Source: Amphiscolops sp. MND2022 (lineage: Eukaryota). From it: DNA of 64,000 nucleotides. Made by a program: the position numbers and the translations under genes. A model generated the notes under the pieces. It searched no databases. It was not told where the DNA came from and was given only the letters and a program-made list of their open reading frames with translations. The stretch lies in the NCBI GenBank assembly GCA_964187785.1, contig OZ076409.1, forward strand, positions 96,474,001-96,538,000. Direction: 5' to 3'. This document shows positions 13,401-26,482 of the stretch, piece after piece (positions within the stretch are counted from its first letter, which is position 1; every line of letters begins with the position of its first letter).

Positions 13401-14735
13401 AATTGTAAAATAAATTCTTACATTTTTATGAATGGCTATGACCGATCAATTTTAATCAAATCAAATGCTGATGAACATTGATCTTCTTTTATTATAACGT
13501 TCAAAGTTTTCAATTTCTCTCATTTTCACATAAGTCTGAAGCACAGATGGTATACATTTTTACGTTAACACTATTAAATAATATTTGTCGTTTGATGATA
13601 AAAATTTTGTCTTTTCTTTCTGGTTGACTTTACTTCAGTTTATTTTCAAACAAAATGATTTTAAAAACTCAAAAGTTTTTTGTTTAACGGACTGTTCCTG
13701 TGAATGTTTAAGTTGAATTTTTTTGCAACTTCATTACCAAGATAAAATTTTCGAATGAATGAACAACTGGACGTTTTTTCAACTTCGTTTAAATGTCCAT
13801 TATATTGGTTAAAATGGTATATAGTTTGAATAAACAAAATTGTACTGTTTTTCACTGAATTATGCAAAAATAGGAAAAATCAATCTTTTTACCATTCCAT
13901 CATAAACAAAACTTTCTCCGATAATCGATATTTCGTGCACATTTTTCTACGGTATTACACTATAAAATGGAAATGAAAACTTGGTAATTAGCAAATTTCA
14001 AAAAATTGCTAAATTTTTCCAACAAAAATGAAGGAGTTTGCTCTACCAAAAAACAGAGAAAGAGAAAATGTTACCTGAAGGGTACTTACGCCGGGTTGAT
14101 GAAAACATGGATGATGTCTTGATATAACCTGTAGTTACCACTTTCAAGAACGGCAGGAGCGCAAAACTCTCGTCAAAATGCAAAGTCGTCTCCGGAACAC
14201 TTATTTAGTGTCACCTGTCACCTTGGCGATACATATCATTTTTTTAGAGAAATATTAATTAATTCCTTTAGAAACTTTTTAAAGAAATTTTGTGTTCTTC
14301 GACTTCTTTGATAATATGCATCTGAAGTTTTTTCTGAATGATCCAATCTTCAGTTTTTCTTGGAACAAGATTGGTTCTTTCGTTGAATCAGAAAAAGTTT
14401 TTTTTCAGTCTTTCAACAACAGCTTCGATAATACTATCAGTTGAATGATTTGAAATATCGTTGATACTTTTCTGTTAAAGGGTTTAGTTGAAAATTTTTA
14501 CCTCTATTCTGATTATTAACTTTTCCTTTTTGTCTGCGTTTAGTTTTTTGAGAATCTTCTTTAACAGTTGTTCCTGGCTTGCATTATATGGAAAAACTCC
14601 AGCAATGTTTATTTGATTATCATTTTTTATTTCCGCCGACATATAATGGGGGAGGAAAATCATAATCTGTGTTCTGGTTTTTTCCCAATTTCTGCCAAAT
14701 TTATTTGGCTTTATTACTCCATTTAGTAAATTCTA

Positions 14736-14853
14736 GTCACCATGGCGCAGTTGGTAGTGCATCTGCCTGCAAGACACGAGGTCGTGGGTTCGAACCCGTG
14801 CTGATGAATTACATTTTTAGCGGAAAATATTCCGGTGCTTAGCGGGAGCTTGT
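14736..14853 (+). mobile_element. tRNA-derived (SINE-like) repeat, copy inside the tandem duplication
   Basis: Identical to the 12858-12975 copy. Confidence 0.7.
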
Positions 14854-17800
14854 TGTAAAATTGTAGGCTCTTTTCTGTTTTCCCCCCCACCACCAAAATT
14901 TTTGAAAATAACTTTCCTTAAAAACTTTGGACTAGCCTAATTAAAAGTAAAACCTTCTTTCATAACAGGAAGTTAACTTCCATTAGAGTAGTTTTCCACT
15001 TGAACAAAACATTGTTCACACATTTTGACTATAATTATGTTCGTATTAAGTGTTTATTGATGACTCAAAACCGGAAGCTGTTGATTTCTTCATCAAAAAT
15101 GCGTAACTACATAGGGAAAAAGCGTGAAAAAAGTTTGTATCTGAATCCTAAACTCTCACATTAAGAATGAATGTAAATTTGAAGCTTTCTGGTTTGTATT
15201 CAAGTCTATTTGTTATAAGATTTTCACTAATTTTTCAAAAAAAATTTTGGTGGTGGGGGGAAAACAGAAAAGAACCAAATTGTAAAATAAATTCTTACAT
15301 TTTTATGAATGGCTATGACCGATCAATTTTAATCAAATCAAATGCTGATGAACATTGATCTTCTTTTATTATAACGTTCAAAGTTTTCAATTTCTCTCAT
15401 TTTCACATAAGTCTGAAGCACAGATGGTATACATTTTTACGTTAACACTATTAAATAATATTTGTCGTTTGATGATAAAAATTTTGTCTTTTCTTTCTGG
15501 TTGACTTTACTTCAGTTTATTTTCAAACAAAATGATTTTAAAAACTCAAAAGTTTTTTGTTTAACGGACTGTTCCTGTGAATGTTTAAGTTGAATTTTTT
15601 TGCAACTTCATTAACAAGATAAAATTTTCGAATGAATGAACAACTGGACGTTTTTTCAACTTCGTTTAAATGTCCATTATATTGGTTAAAATGGTATATA
15701 GTTTGAATAAACAAAATTGTACTGTTTTTCACTGAATTATGCAAAAATAGGAAAAATCAATCTTTTTACCTTTCCATCATAAACAAAACTTTCTCCGATA
15801 ATCGATATTTCGTGCACATTTTTCTACGGTATTACACTATAAAATGGAAATGAAAACTTGGTAATTAGCAAACTGAGAATGAGTTTCAAACAATTCCCTA
15901 ATTTTTGTACCGGCATCATATTTTGCATGCACGAAAAATCCATTATTTTCTTTCATTTTGAGTTGACTTGATTAAATGTCCAATTTTCAGTTTTTCAACG
16001 TCATGAAGTTTAGCTTAATTATGTGAAAATTTTTGCACCGTCGAGAATTTGAAATGCCAATAGATTTATGTTATGAGAAGTGAAACCAGAAAGAAGAAAG
16101 CGTATCCAAATTACTTTTATAGAAATTTCAAAAAAAGATACTGAAAGCATTAGAAAAATCGCAATGGACGTAGATATCCTTCCTGATTATATACAAGATA
16201 CATAACGCCAGTTCCTTTAGCAAATTTGAACATTGCAATTCATTTCAATTCACATCTGATGACAAATTTTTAAACCCTGAAATGAAAATTTGAAATCATG
16301 AGTCTTAAAATGGCCAAACAAGTGTACGGTAACAATTTTGCTATTTTAAAGGATATATGAGTCAAGGTAATTGGAGTTTTGATATTAGCTTAGAACGAAC
16401 ATTTACTCCTGATGTACGGATAAAAAATTCGGTATAAAGTATCTTGCTATTTCTGGACTTAAAGTCTCAAGGGCCTTTTTCAAGATGTCTGCTGATTCTG
16501 ACATTTGTACACAAATAGAAGAAACAAAACGTTCTCAAGTTGAAAATTGAAAATTTTTTAGCATTGAGATATTTCGGAACATTTTTTTATTTCCAAAGCG
16601 TCAACCCAGACGTTTTTTTTATTATTTCAGTTGGAAAATCTTTCTTTTCGTTCTTATGCTTCCCATTGTTAATTTTCTCGCAATGTTAGATTTTTAAGAC
16701 CTTTTATGAAATGAGCATTTTATCATATTCTAAAGATTTTGTGCTTTTTAGGCCTTCAGCGGGCGCCGTCTTTAAACGTTCCTGTCTTGTTTGTTCAATA
16801 AGCATTCTTGCACGGTCTCTTTGTGTTCCTTAGCTGCTGTAAATTGTTTGAGCTGGTAACTTTTTTCACAAAAAGTGAGTCAAAAACGAAATGACTGGTT
16901 GAAACGTCTAGACTTTTTCTGAAGGTTGCAAATGTCTTAAGTTGAAGATGTGATTACGTGATAAGCTTTACATTCTAAATGACTGACAAAAAATTGAACA
17001 AGGACCATGTCATCGATTCCCCCCAGGGATTGGAAAATATTAAATGCGTTAACAATTAATGACAATATAATAAGTGCAAAACATGAAGGGTTTGCGAAAA
17101 GCAATAACAATTATTGAATGCTGGAATACCATTAACTTAACCAATTTAATTCAACCAAGAAAATTCAAGTTTGTGATAAAAAGGTAATGTTTGTAATCCC
17201 ATGTATTCACAAGTTCAAATCATATAGAACGATTTTTTTTCAACGGCCAAGAAGTTCATTTGTCCGAATTTGCTATTACTGCAGAGCACCTTGAAACTCA
17301 ACTCTTTTTGCATATCAATAAATGTTATTGAAATGCAAATACCATTCAGTCATTTTTGTAAAATTCATTTTCAATAAATGCAATAAATGATTGTCTCCTC
17401 TTTTTCAATAACAATAATTGATTCAGCAGCTACAACAATAATGCACTTAATTTTTTTCAATCCCTGATTCCCCCCCCCCCCAACTTGGATTATAATAAAG
17501 TTTCAAGCTGCGGCGGGGGAAATAAGACATAAGGTTCAAATACCATTATGTCGACACCGTTTGCGTTGAAATTTTGAACGATAACGTAATTGATGTCGAC
17601 ATAATCCAATCCATTACATTGAATGTCAGTTAGAATTGCTCATTAGATTTTATAGCGGATAAAATTTACGCTGAAATAGGGGCTTTTTTAACGATTTTAG
17701 CTTGTTCCAAACGTGAATTTCTGCTATTTTGGACAATCAAAAAATTACCATCAAAAATTACCACCAGCAATTACCGTCAAAAAATTATGGTAATTCTTTT

Positions 17801-18447
17801 AGCCTGAAGTGTCCAAACAGTTGTAAAGACAATCCTCTAAGTATTTACATTCATGTAATATTCTCTTATTAGTGAAATACTTTTATTGAAGAACAAAATG
17901 GGTCTCGTGTTGGGGGGGGGGGGGTAAACTCCCAACAAATTACAAAACTTTCAATCAAAAACGGGAAAAAAATCGGTCTCAGAACACAAACACGAATCAA
18001 CTGAATGCGTCACGTTTGAATAAAATAAAAATTTGTTTTTACATCGTGTGGAGAGACGAGGGCGGAAAGAAGGAAAGAGCCAAAAGCTTTATCAAATAAT
18101 TCACAAAAATGCAAAAGTTGTTGAAATGTATGAATAATAAAAATTCAAGACTGAAACAGATCGACAATTGAAGTGTGCGAACAAAATTGGAGCTACCGAA
18201 TATGTAATTAAAGGGGGGGGAATGTTGGAATAGATGACATGGTCCTTGAAAAATTTTAGAGTATCTTGGCTACAAATACTAGGTAACAAAAATTGAAGGC
18301 ATAAAAACTTTTGGGCATTCAAAATGTTAAATATTTGCTAACAAACATTTTAAAAAAACCCTAAAATTCAATTTGTCAAATATTCAATTGGACAACATTG
18401 CTTTCTCACATTCGAGTGTCAAAGAACTTTCAAACATCAGAAGTGCG

Positions 18448-19172
18448 AACAACAATGTGACTGGTCTAGACTTCTCTGAAACGTTTAAAACATGCTCTGT
18501 TGACGATGTGATTACGTAATGAAAGCTTCATTTTGAATGCTCGAGCGAAAATTGAATGCTTATCAGCGATATGTTTACAAATACTACAATTTTTGGACAG
18601 TGAAGTTTTTGTGCGTTCCGTTTTTTGATTAATCTATTGATTTCTAATGTGGTGAACTTTCCGTACCCCCCTCTTACGCAGACATCAAAACGAACTTGCA
18701 ATGTGATGGATTGTTTTTATCACCGCTTCTAAAAACAGACTCGTTTTTTGACGCCACCTACACTTACAAAACTTACTATCACATATAAAAAATTGTTCGA
18801 TAATTAAAGTTTCATTCAAAATTAAACAAAAAGCGTGACAAAAATTCTTAAAATTCCGGTATTTTATTGCAAAGATGCAAGTCTTTTTACGTTTCTAGTC
18901 GGTGCTTCATGAAGTGAAACGCGACAATTATAGTGACTCTTTTTTTCTATCCACACGAACTGACCAAAATAGTAATTAAAAGTTCTACAAAATATTATTG
19001 CACCAAATTGCACTATTTGGTCTAGCGAACTGAACTAAAAAGGTTTTTCCTGTTTTCCCGCGTAACGTACCATACCGGGCGAGACAAAGGGTCCCCCCTT
19101 TCAATTTTTTTCGGCACTGCGAGAGTTTTTTTCGGAAAAAAATTTTTCCCCAAAGGGTCCCCCTTCAATTTT
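18448..19172. repeat. Segment A, duplicated at ~21277-22003; ends in a truncated Helentron-like element (18897-19172)
   Basis: Both copies start AACAACAATGTGACTGGTCTAGAC and match to ...CCCCTTCAATTTTTG. Confidence 0.9.
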
Positions 19173-19580
19173 TGTAGCGATGATCGTTTTTTTTGAATTC
19201 CCGTAATTGCGGTCTCTTGCTTCTGCTATCAGTACAACCCTAAAGACTCCCCCGACGACTATTTCATGCCTTTGGATGGACGGGACACAGGAGGAAAACA
19301 GCCAGGGGTACATGCTAGCATCGGAAGCGATCCACAGTATATGAAGAGCTCAATTGTCATAGCTTCATATCATCATACAAAGTGGTTAAATATAATATAG
19401 CTATTTTATAATAATATTGAATTGATGAACTACCATGCCAAAATATTGAATATAAATTTAGAAAAAGCAAAATTATTCTGAACAAAAATCCTTCGCTTGA
19501 ATTCACCGGTCAAAAAATGGAACTTATTCCTTTCCCACCCAATACTTTTTAGGCCCCGAAAATGATTTCAGAACGTTTTA

Positions 19581-20019
19581 AGTCGGCGCCTTTTCTCTTA
19601 TGGAAAAAAGCCCGACTAGTACAGTGGGTAGTTTTTTTTCTTTTCCAGCTGACAATCTCACTCTGAATGGTCCACTTTTTTACAATCTTTTGTTCATTTG
19701 TTCAACTAATTTTCTGAGAAGCTGGAGATCGTGCGTTCGATTCTCGCGCTAAAACACAAATTTTTTATGCTTCCAAAAGTAGAGGTGAGTCCAAAGCCCC
19801 CCCCCCTTTGGGTTTTTTTCGGGACTATGCGACTTTTTTTGAAAATTATCAAATTCTATCAAAAGGTACCCCCTTGCAAGTTTTCGGTTTCTAAAAACGT
19901 TTAATGAGCCTAAATGGCATCTTCTTAAATTTTTTGGCATTGTGCGACTTTTAAGCAAAATGTTCCTTGAATTTTTTTGAGCCTTCGATTTGGCGCCGAC
20001 TTGGGCCGATCCCGGCTTG
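19581..20019 (+). mobile_element. Non-autonomous Helentron-like (HINE/DINE-type) element, subfamily 2
   Basis: 5' subTIR AGTCGGCGCC with inverted partner GCCCGACT; 3' subTIR GGCGCCGACT plus hairpin GGGCCGATCCC and GGCTTGTT end. Confidence 0.7.
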
Positions 20020-20124
20020 TTATCAATCAAAGTTGTTCAGGCGAGTTAATGAAATGTTTCTGATTTTGTTCAAATCACTTCCGGCCTAAAAAAATTATAG
20101 AACTTTACGTTCAAGTGAAAGAAA

Positions 20125-20781
20125 CAAGTCGGGACCGGCCCAAGTCGGCGCCAAATCGAAGGCTCAAAAATAGCAAAAGGACTTCCAAGTGTCAATTTAC
20201 AGTACTCGAAAATCGAAAAACCAAAAAACTGGACCGAGTGGCGCGCTAAAAGGGGGACACTTCCGAAATTGTCAACATTTTGTCGCAGTTGAAAGGTGGA
20301 CCCTTTGGAGAAAAACAAATTTTCGAAACAAATTCTCACAATGCCGAAAAACTGAAAAGGGGGACCCTTTGGGATTTTTAAACATCCAATCTGTCCCAAA
20401 ACATCAAAAAATTGAAGGGGGAAATTTTTATTTTCGGAAAAAAAGTCTCGCAGTGCCAAAAATATTGAAACGGGGACCATTTGGGATTTTTCAACATCCA
20501 TCTGTCGCAAAACATCAAAAAATTGAGTGGGGAACTTTATTTTTGAAAAGAAAGTATCGCATTGCCGAAAAAAAATGAAAGGGGGGACCCTTTGGTCTCG
20601 CCCGGTATGGTATGTTACACGGGAAAACAAGAAAAACCTTTTTGGTTCAGTTCGCTAGGCCAAATGGTGCAATTTGATGCAATAATATTTTGTAGAACTT
20701 TTAAGAACTATTTTGGTCAATTTGTGTGGATTGAAAAAAAGTCACTATAATAGTCGCCTTTCACTTCATGAAGCGCCGACT
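20125..20781 (-). mobile_element. Non-autonomous Helentron-like element, subfamily 1
   Basis: Same subTIR/hairpin architecture on the minus strand, with internal AAAGGGGGACCCTTT subrepeats. Inserted in an A/T run. Confidence 0.75.
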
Positions 20782-21726
20782 AAAAATGAAGCAAAAAAAA
20801 AATCCATAAAACTTTACGTTCAAGTGAAAGAAAAAATGAAGCAAAAAAGAGATTGACACAATGATTTACAGTTACTTGTTTGAAATAATGTTTAGGCAAC
20901 AGAACAACGGAAAAGATGTAAAACCCGAAAAGTGCTAAATATTGCGTTTTTCAACGGTTTGCAAGCAAAACAGAATTTTTTCCACCGAAAGTTCACGAAT
21001 TTGTTTTTCACACTTGCCTCCGTAGGCTATGTGCTTACGTCAAATTGTAGTGTTTGTGCTTACAAAATTCGAGGCATTGCCTACAATTACGAAGAAAATT
21101 TTGCGGGTAATTTGGGTTAAATTTACTAGGAGTTAGAAAAAATTTTCGACTACTTATGCAACCGTGTCGTTTTTTTGTTTTTTTTCTCCCGACCTTTTCA
21201 TGAAAATTTCAATTTTCTCAGAACCTGTCCATACGATTTTCATAAAAATTTGCACAGTCATTCTACCCCCTGTAGACAACAACAATGTGACTGGTCTAGA
21301 CTTTTCTGAAACGTTTAAAACATGCTCTGTTGACAATGTGATTACGTAATGAAAGCTTCATTTTGAATGCTCGAGCGAAAATTGAATGCTTATCAGCGAT
21401 ATGTTTACAAATACTACAATTTTTGGACAGTGAAGTTTTTGTGCGTTCCGTTTTTTGATTAACCTATTGATTTCTAATGTGGTGAACTTTCCGTACCCCC
21501 CTCTTACGCAGACATCAAAACGAACTTGCAATGTGATGGATTGTTTTTATCACCGCTTCTAAAAACAGACTCGTTTTTTGACGCCACCTACACTTACAAA
21601 ACTTACTATCACATATAAAAAATTGTTCGATAATTAAAGTTTCATTCAAAATTAAACAAAAAGCGTGACAAAAATTCCTAAAATTCCGGTATTTTATTGC
21701 AAAGATGCAAGTCTTTTTACATTTCT

Positions 21727-22320
21727 AGTCGGTGCTTCATGAAGTGAAACGCGACAATTATAGTGACTCTTTTTTTCTATCCACACGAACTGACCAAAAT
21801 AGTAATTAAAAGTTCTACAAAATATTATTGCACCAAATTGCACTATTTGGTCTAGCGAACTGAACTAAAAAGGTTTTTCCTGTTTTCCCGCGTAACGTAC
21901 CATACCGGGCGAGACAAAGGGTCCCCCCTTTCAATTTTTTTCGGCACTGCGAGAGTTTTTTTTCGGAAAAAAAATTTTCCCCAAAGGGTCCCCCTTCAAT
22001 TTTTGGCTGTTTTGCGACAGAATGGATGTTGAAAAACCCCAAAGGGTCCCCCCTTTCAGTTTTTCGGCATTGTGAGACTTTTTTTCGAAAGTTTGTTTTT
22101 TCTCCAAAGGGTCCCCCCTTCAACTGCGACAAAAATGCTTACATTTTCGGAAGTGTCCCCCTTTTAGCGCGCCAGGGGCTCGCGCTAGCGGGCCCCGGCG
22201 CGCCACCCGGTTTATATTTTTTGCTTTTTCGATTTTTGAGTACTGTAAATTGACACTTGGAAGTCATTTTGCTATTTTTGAGCCTTGGATATGGCGCCGA
22301 CTTGGGCCGGTCCCGGCTTG
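21727..22320 (+). mobile_element. Non-autonomous Helentron-like element, subfamily 1
   Basis: 5' AGTCGGTGCTTCATGAAGTGAAACGCGAC; 3' GGCGCCGACTTGGGCCGGTCCCGGCTTG followed by TTT. Confidence 0.75.
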
Positions 22321-22357
22321 TTTGTCAAAAAATGAAAATTTCATGTCTTTTTTTCAG

Positions 22358-22641
22358 TGAGCTACCCGCTCCAAAACTACGTGGCGTTCTACAACAATGC
22401 TGACGTCACAATGTGTTGTCTGAAGTTGTCCATCCCAGACTACTGTCTCAAGATGTGTGACGGGTTCTCGGGCATAGAACAGTTCAGTCAGAAGAAGATC
22501 TGTGATCAGGTGTACGAGCCCCAGAGGAAACAGTGCTTCAGGTCCCCCAAACCCCCCACCCCGCCTCCGCCCCCGCCCCCCGAACGAAACTTCGCACAAG
22601 TAGAGACCGCTTTGGTACATCCTCAGTTTGGAAGAAACTGA
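22358..22641 (+). CDS. Probable coding exon of a small Cys-rich extracellular protein (DB-module-like CC-x7-C-x3-C pattern, then a poly-Pro stretch)
   Basis: Strong acceptor TCTTTTTTTCAG ending at 22357 and a GC-rich island. Translation ...DVTMCCLKLSIPDYCLKMCDG...KICDQVY...KQCFRSPKPPTPPPPPPP. Upstream exons were not identified. Confidence 0.6.
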
Positions 22642-23285
22642 AACCTTGCATTCACTTATCTTGCAAGATTCTTACAAAAAGATGGCATTCTTGCAAGTTT
22701 CTTGCAAGACCATGCAAATCTTGCAAGATGATAATTTAGAATCTTGAAAGACATGCTATGATAACGTTGTAATAAGCTCCACCTATTGTCGAAAATGATC
22801 ATTTTTGTCCGCTTCTTTAAATAAAAAAATTAAAATTCGGTGATGCTCAATAGAGAGAACACAACGAAAGGTTTTTTGGGCACCTCAAGAATCCTAATTC
22901 GACGCAATTTCAATTCATTTTTGCAAAAACCTTGTAAGAATCTTGCAAGACAGTTTGCAAGAATAATGCATTGTCTTGCAAGATCTTGCAAGACGTCTTG
23001 CAGATATTTTCAAGAACTGTATTTTTTCAACCCAGGGATCAAAAACCTGCACACTAGATTCATACCCACAAGATATTTTTGTTGAAATTTTTGCCAAAGT
23101 TTTCGAATATTTAGCCTGGATTTAAACTGTCACTTTACTAAAAAGAGAACTATCCACTAAAAACTCGTTGACGTTTTACTACTGCGTTTTGCTTTTCCCA
23201 AAAATACAGACAAAAACTAGGAGGTCAAGAATTTCAACGTTTTTTCACAGTCCGAGATAATTCAAGATCTTATGAAGGTTTCAAG

Positions 23286-24723
23286 AGGTAACGGGACTTT
23301 GCAGGAAAATCCAAGATCTTGGCAAGAGTTTCAAGATATTTTACACTGGGTAGGTTCTGACTGAGTGAAAAAGAATGAGTGATTTGGAGACTAAAAAACT
23401 GATGTCTTTTTAATTCCAGAAACGTAAATGGATCCCAAACGAGACAAAACGCCTGGCGGCTGTCAAATTCGATTGATACCAGCACCAACGAAATTGAATA
23501 AAAAAATATATATACAATGTTCTCAAACCTAATGTTCACTAGTTTTTTTAATTTTTATATTGATTGCAATTCAATTTTTTTTCTCAGCTCTTATATTAGG
23601 TTGCGATATGAGGACCTTTTTGAGAGAACTTAATTTCGTGGTGAAAAAGATGAGAGATCAAAAAATGCGAAAGATTGCGTCCTGTTCAAGATTTTTGCTG
23701 AAAATTTTTTGTCGAGGCTTAGTGGATATTTTCCAAGTTTCTACAAAATGCAGGGAAGTTTCCAAGTTTTTCCAAGATGCAGGGAAGTTTTTCAAGATTT
23801 TCCAAGATGCAGGGAAGTTTTACAAAATTTTCCATGCAGGGTCCCTGATTTTTCTGTTTTATCAAAAATTTGCCTGCATTTTATTCATGTGCTTACAAAA
23901 TTTCACGGCATTCTCAACTAGGGTAGAAAATTAGGTTTGAGAACATAAAAAAATAACATCCTTGCCACTTTTGGGCTATCTGCTCATCAGTTTTGGAAAA
24001 AAAGGTAACGGGACTTTGCAGGAAAATCCAAGATCTTGGCAAGAGTTTAAAGATATTTTACACTGGGTAGGTTCTAACTGAGTGAAAAAGAATGAGTGAT
24101 TTGGAGACTAAAAAACTGGTGTCTTTTTAATTCCAGAAACGTAAATGGATCCCAAACGAGACAAAACGCCTGGCGGCCGTCAAATTCGATTGATACCAGC
24201 ACCAACGAAATTGAATAAAAAATATATATACAATGTTCTCAAACCTAATTTTCACTAGTTTTTTTAATTTTTATATTGATTGCAATTCAATTTTTCTTCT
24301 CAGCTCTTATATTAGGTTGCGATATGAGGACCTTTTTGAGAGAACTTAATTTCGTGGTGAAAAAGATGAGAGATCAAAAAATGCGAAAGATTGCGTCCTG
24401 TTCAAGATTTTTGCTGAAAATTTTTTGTCGAGGCTTAGTGGATATTTTTCCAAGTTTCTACAAAATGCAGGGACGTTTCCAAGTTTTTCCAAGATGCAGG
24501 GAAATTTTTCAAGATTTTCCAAGATGCAGGGAAGTTTTACAAAATTTTCCATGCAGTGTCTCTGATTTTTCTGTTTTATCAAAAATTAGCCTGCATTTTA
24601 TTCATGTGCTTACAAAATTTCACGGCATTCTCAACTAGGGTAGAAAATTAGGTTTGAGAACATTGTAAAAAAAACAAAATCCTTGCCACTTTTGGGCTAT
24701 CTGCTCATCAGTTTTGGAAAAAA
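23286..24723. repeat. Tandem duplication, ~717-bp unit, containing an element with TTTTCCAAGATGCAGGGAAG subrepeats ending CAACTAGGG
   Basis: AGGTAACGGGACTTTGC at 23286 and 24003; parallel ORFs at 23560 and 24276. Confidence 0.92.
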
Positions 24724-25407
24724 AGTATGAAATTTGGTTCCATCTAAAACTATTGAAAATGTCAAAAAAATGGATCAGCAATTTAGAGAATTCAACTTTC
24801 CACCTTAAAATGTATTTGGAAAAAAATACCCAAGGAACTTTTTCCTGGTTTCAACTGCGTCATGAATAAGAGGACAACTTTTGCCCGGGACTCCGTAATA
24901 ATAAACTTTTTAATTTTTTTTCGGTTACTAATCTCAGTTTTTTTCTAAATCTCAGTTTTGTTAGTTTGTTGTTCTAGTTTTTCGTCTCTTTCTATCATTT
25001 GTAGCGATGATCGTTTTTTTGAATTCCCGTAATTGCGGTCTCTTGCTTCTGCTATCAGTACAACCCTAAAGACTCCCCCGACGACTATTTCATGCCTTTG
25101 GATGGACGGGACACAGGAGGAAAACAGCCAGGGGTACATGCTAGCATCGGAAGCGATCCACAGTATATGAAGAGCTCAATTGTCATAGCTTCATATCATC
25201 ATACAAAGTGGTTAAATATAATATAGCTATTTTATAATAATATTGAATTGATGAACTACCATGCCAAAATATTGAATATAAATTTAGAAAAAGCAAAATT
25301 ATTCTGAACAAAAATCCTTCGCTTGAATTCACCGGTCAAAAAAATGGAACTTATTCCTTTCCCACCCAATACTTTTTAGGCCCCGAAAATGATTTCAGAA
25401 CGTTTTA

Positions 25408-26377
25408 AGTCGGCGCCTTTTCTCTTAAGGAAAAAAGCCCGACTAGTACAGTGGGTAGTTTTTTAGTCGGCGCCTTTTCCCTTAAGGAAAAAAGCCCGAC
25501 TCTTACAGTGAGTAGTTTGTTTTTTTCAGTTGACAATCTCACTCTGAGTGGTCCACTTTTCTTACAATTTTTGTTCATCTTTCATATTTGTTCATCTTCC
25601 ATCTTCGACCCAGCCGGAGAGCGTGGGTTCGATTCTCGCACTAAACCATAAATTTTTTAATGCTTCCAAAAGTACATGTGAGACCAAAGGGTCCCCCCTT
25701 TGGGTTTTTTTTCGGCACTATGCGACTTTTTTCGAAAATTTTCGAAATTTATCAAAGGGTACCCCCTTGAATTTTTTTTGAAGTTTTCGGTTTGTAGAAA
25801 ACGTTGAATGAGCCTGAATGGCCTCTTTTTGAGTTTTTCGGCATTGTGCGACCTAAAAAATACTTTTTTTTGAAAAAAAAATCAAAAATTTTTTTTTTGA
25901 AAAAAATTTTTTTTTCCAAATTTTTCCAATAGTTGTTCCTCGAATATTTTTGAGCCTAAGATATGGCGCCGACTTGGGACGTTCCCGTCTTGTTTTCTTT
26001 TCCAGCTGACAATCTCACTCTGAATGGTCCACTTTTTTACAATCTTTTGTTCATTTGTTCAACTAATTTTCTGAGAAGCTGGAGATCGTGCGTTCGATTC
26101 TCGCGCTAAAACACAAATTTTTTATGCTTCCAAAAGTAGAGGTGAGTCCAAAGGCCCCCCCCCCTTTGGGTTTTTTTCGGGACTATGCGACTTTTTTTGA
26201 AAATTATCAAATTCTATCAAAAGGTACCCCCTTGCAAGTTTTCGGTTTCTAAAAACGTTTAATGAGCCTAAATGGCATCTTCTTAAATTTTTTGGCATTG
26301 TGCGACTTTTAAGCAAAATGTTCCTTGAATATTTTTGAGCCTTAGATATGGCGCCGACTTGGGCCGATCCCGGCTTG
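25408..26377 (+). mobile_element. Helentron-like element (copy of 19581-20019) carrying a nested insertion
   Basis: Same ends as 19581-20019; interrupted at a T run by 25465-25992. Confidence 0.7.
25465..25992 (+). mobile_element. Nested complete Helentron-like element
   Basis: 5' AGTCGGCGCCTTTTCCCTTAAGGAAAAAAGCCCGACT; 3' GGCGCCGACTTGGGACGTTCCCGTCTTG. Absent from the paralogous site at 19632-19639. Confidence 0.8.
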
Positions 26378-26482
26378 TTATCAATCAAAGTTGTTCAGGC
26401 GAGTTAATGAAATGTTTCTGATTTTGTTCAAATCACTTCCGGCCTAAAAAAATTATAGAACTTTACGTTCAAGTGAAAGAAA

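Larger units (their letters stand above)
12116..15872. repeat. Near-identical direct tandem duplication, ~1.88 kb unit (12116-13994 / 13995-15872)
   Basis: The sequence recurs at offset ~1878 with only a few substitutions and homopolymer indels. Duplicated ORFs at 13661 and 15538 differ at one residue. Confidence 0.95.
19170..21272. repeat. Segment B, duplicated at ~24998-27626
   Basis: Both copies run from TTTGTAGCGATGATCG to CATTCTACCCCCTG. Duplicated ORFs are seen (20932 vs 27286; 19749 vs 26122). The second copy has an extra 528-bp insertion. Confidence 0.92.

Noticed and set aside
20070..20750. ORFs of 129-186 aa (also at 21815, 26428, 42438)
   Set aside because: Translations of the Helentron-like repeat; frames differ between copies.
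25003..25230. Possible downstream exon (TM-like IPVIAVSCFCY + tail) of the Cys-rich gene; duplicate at ~19177
   Set aside because: Needs a frameshift, and no phase-compatible donor was found.
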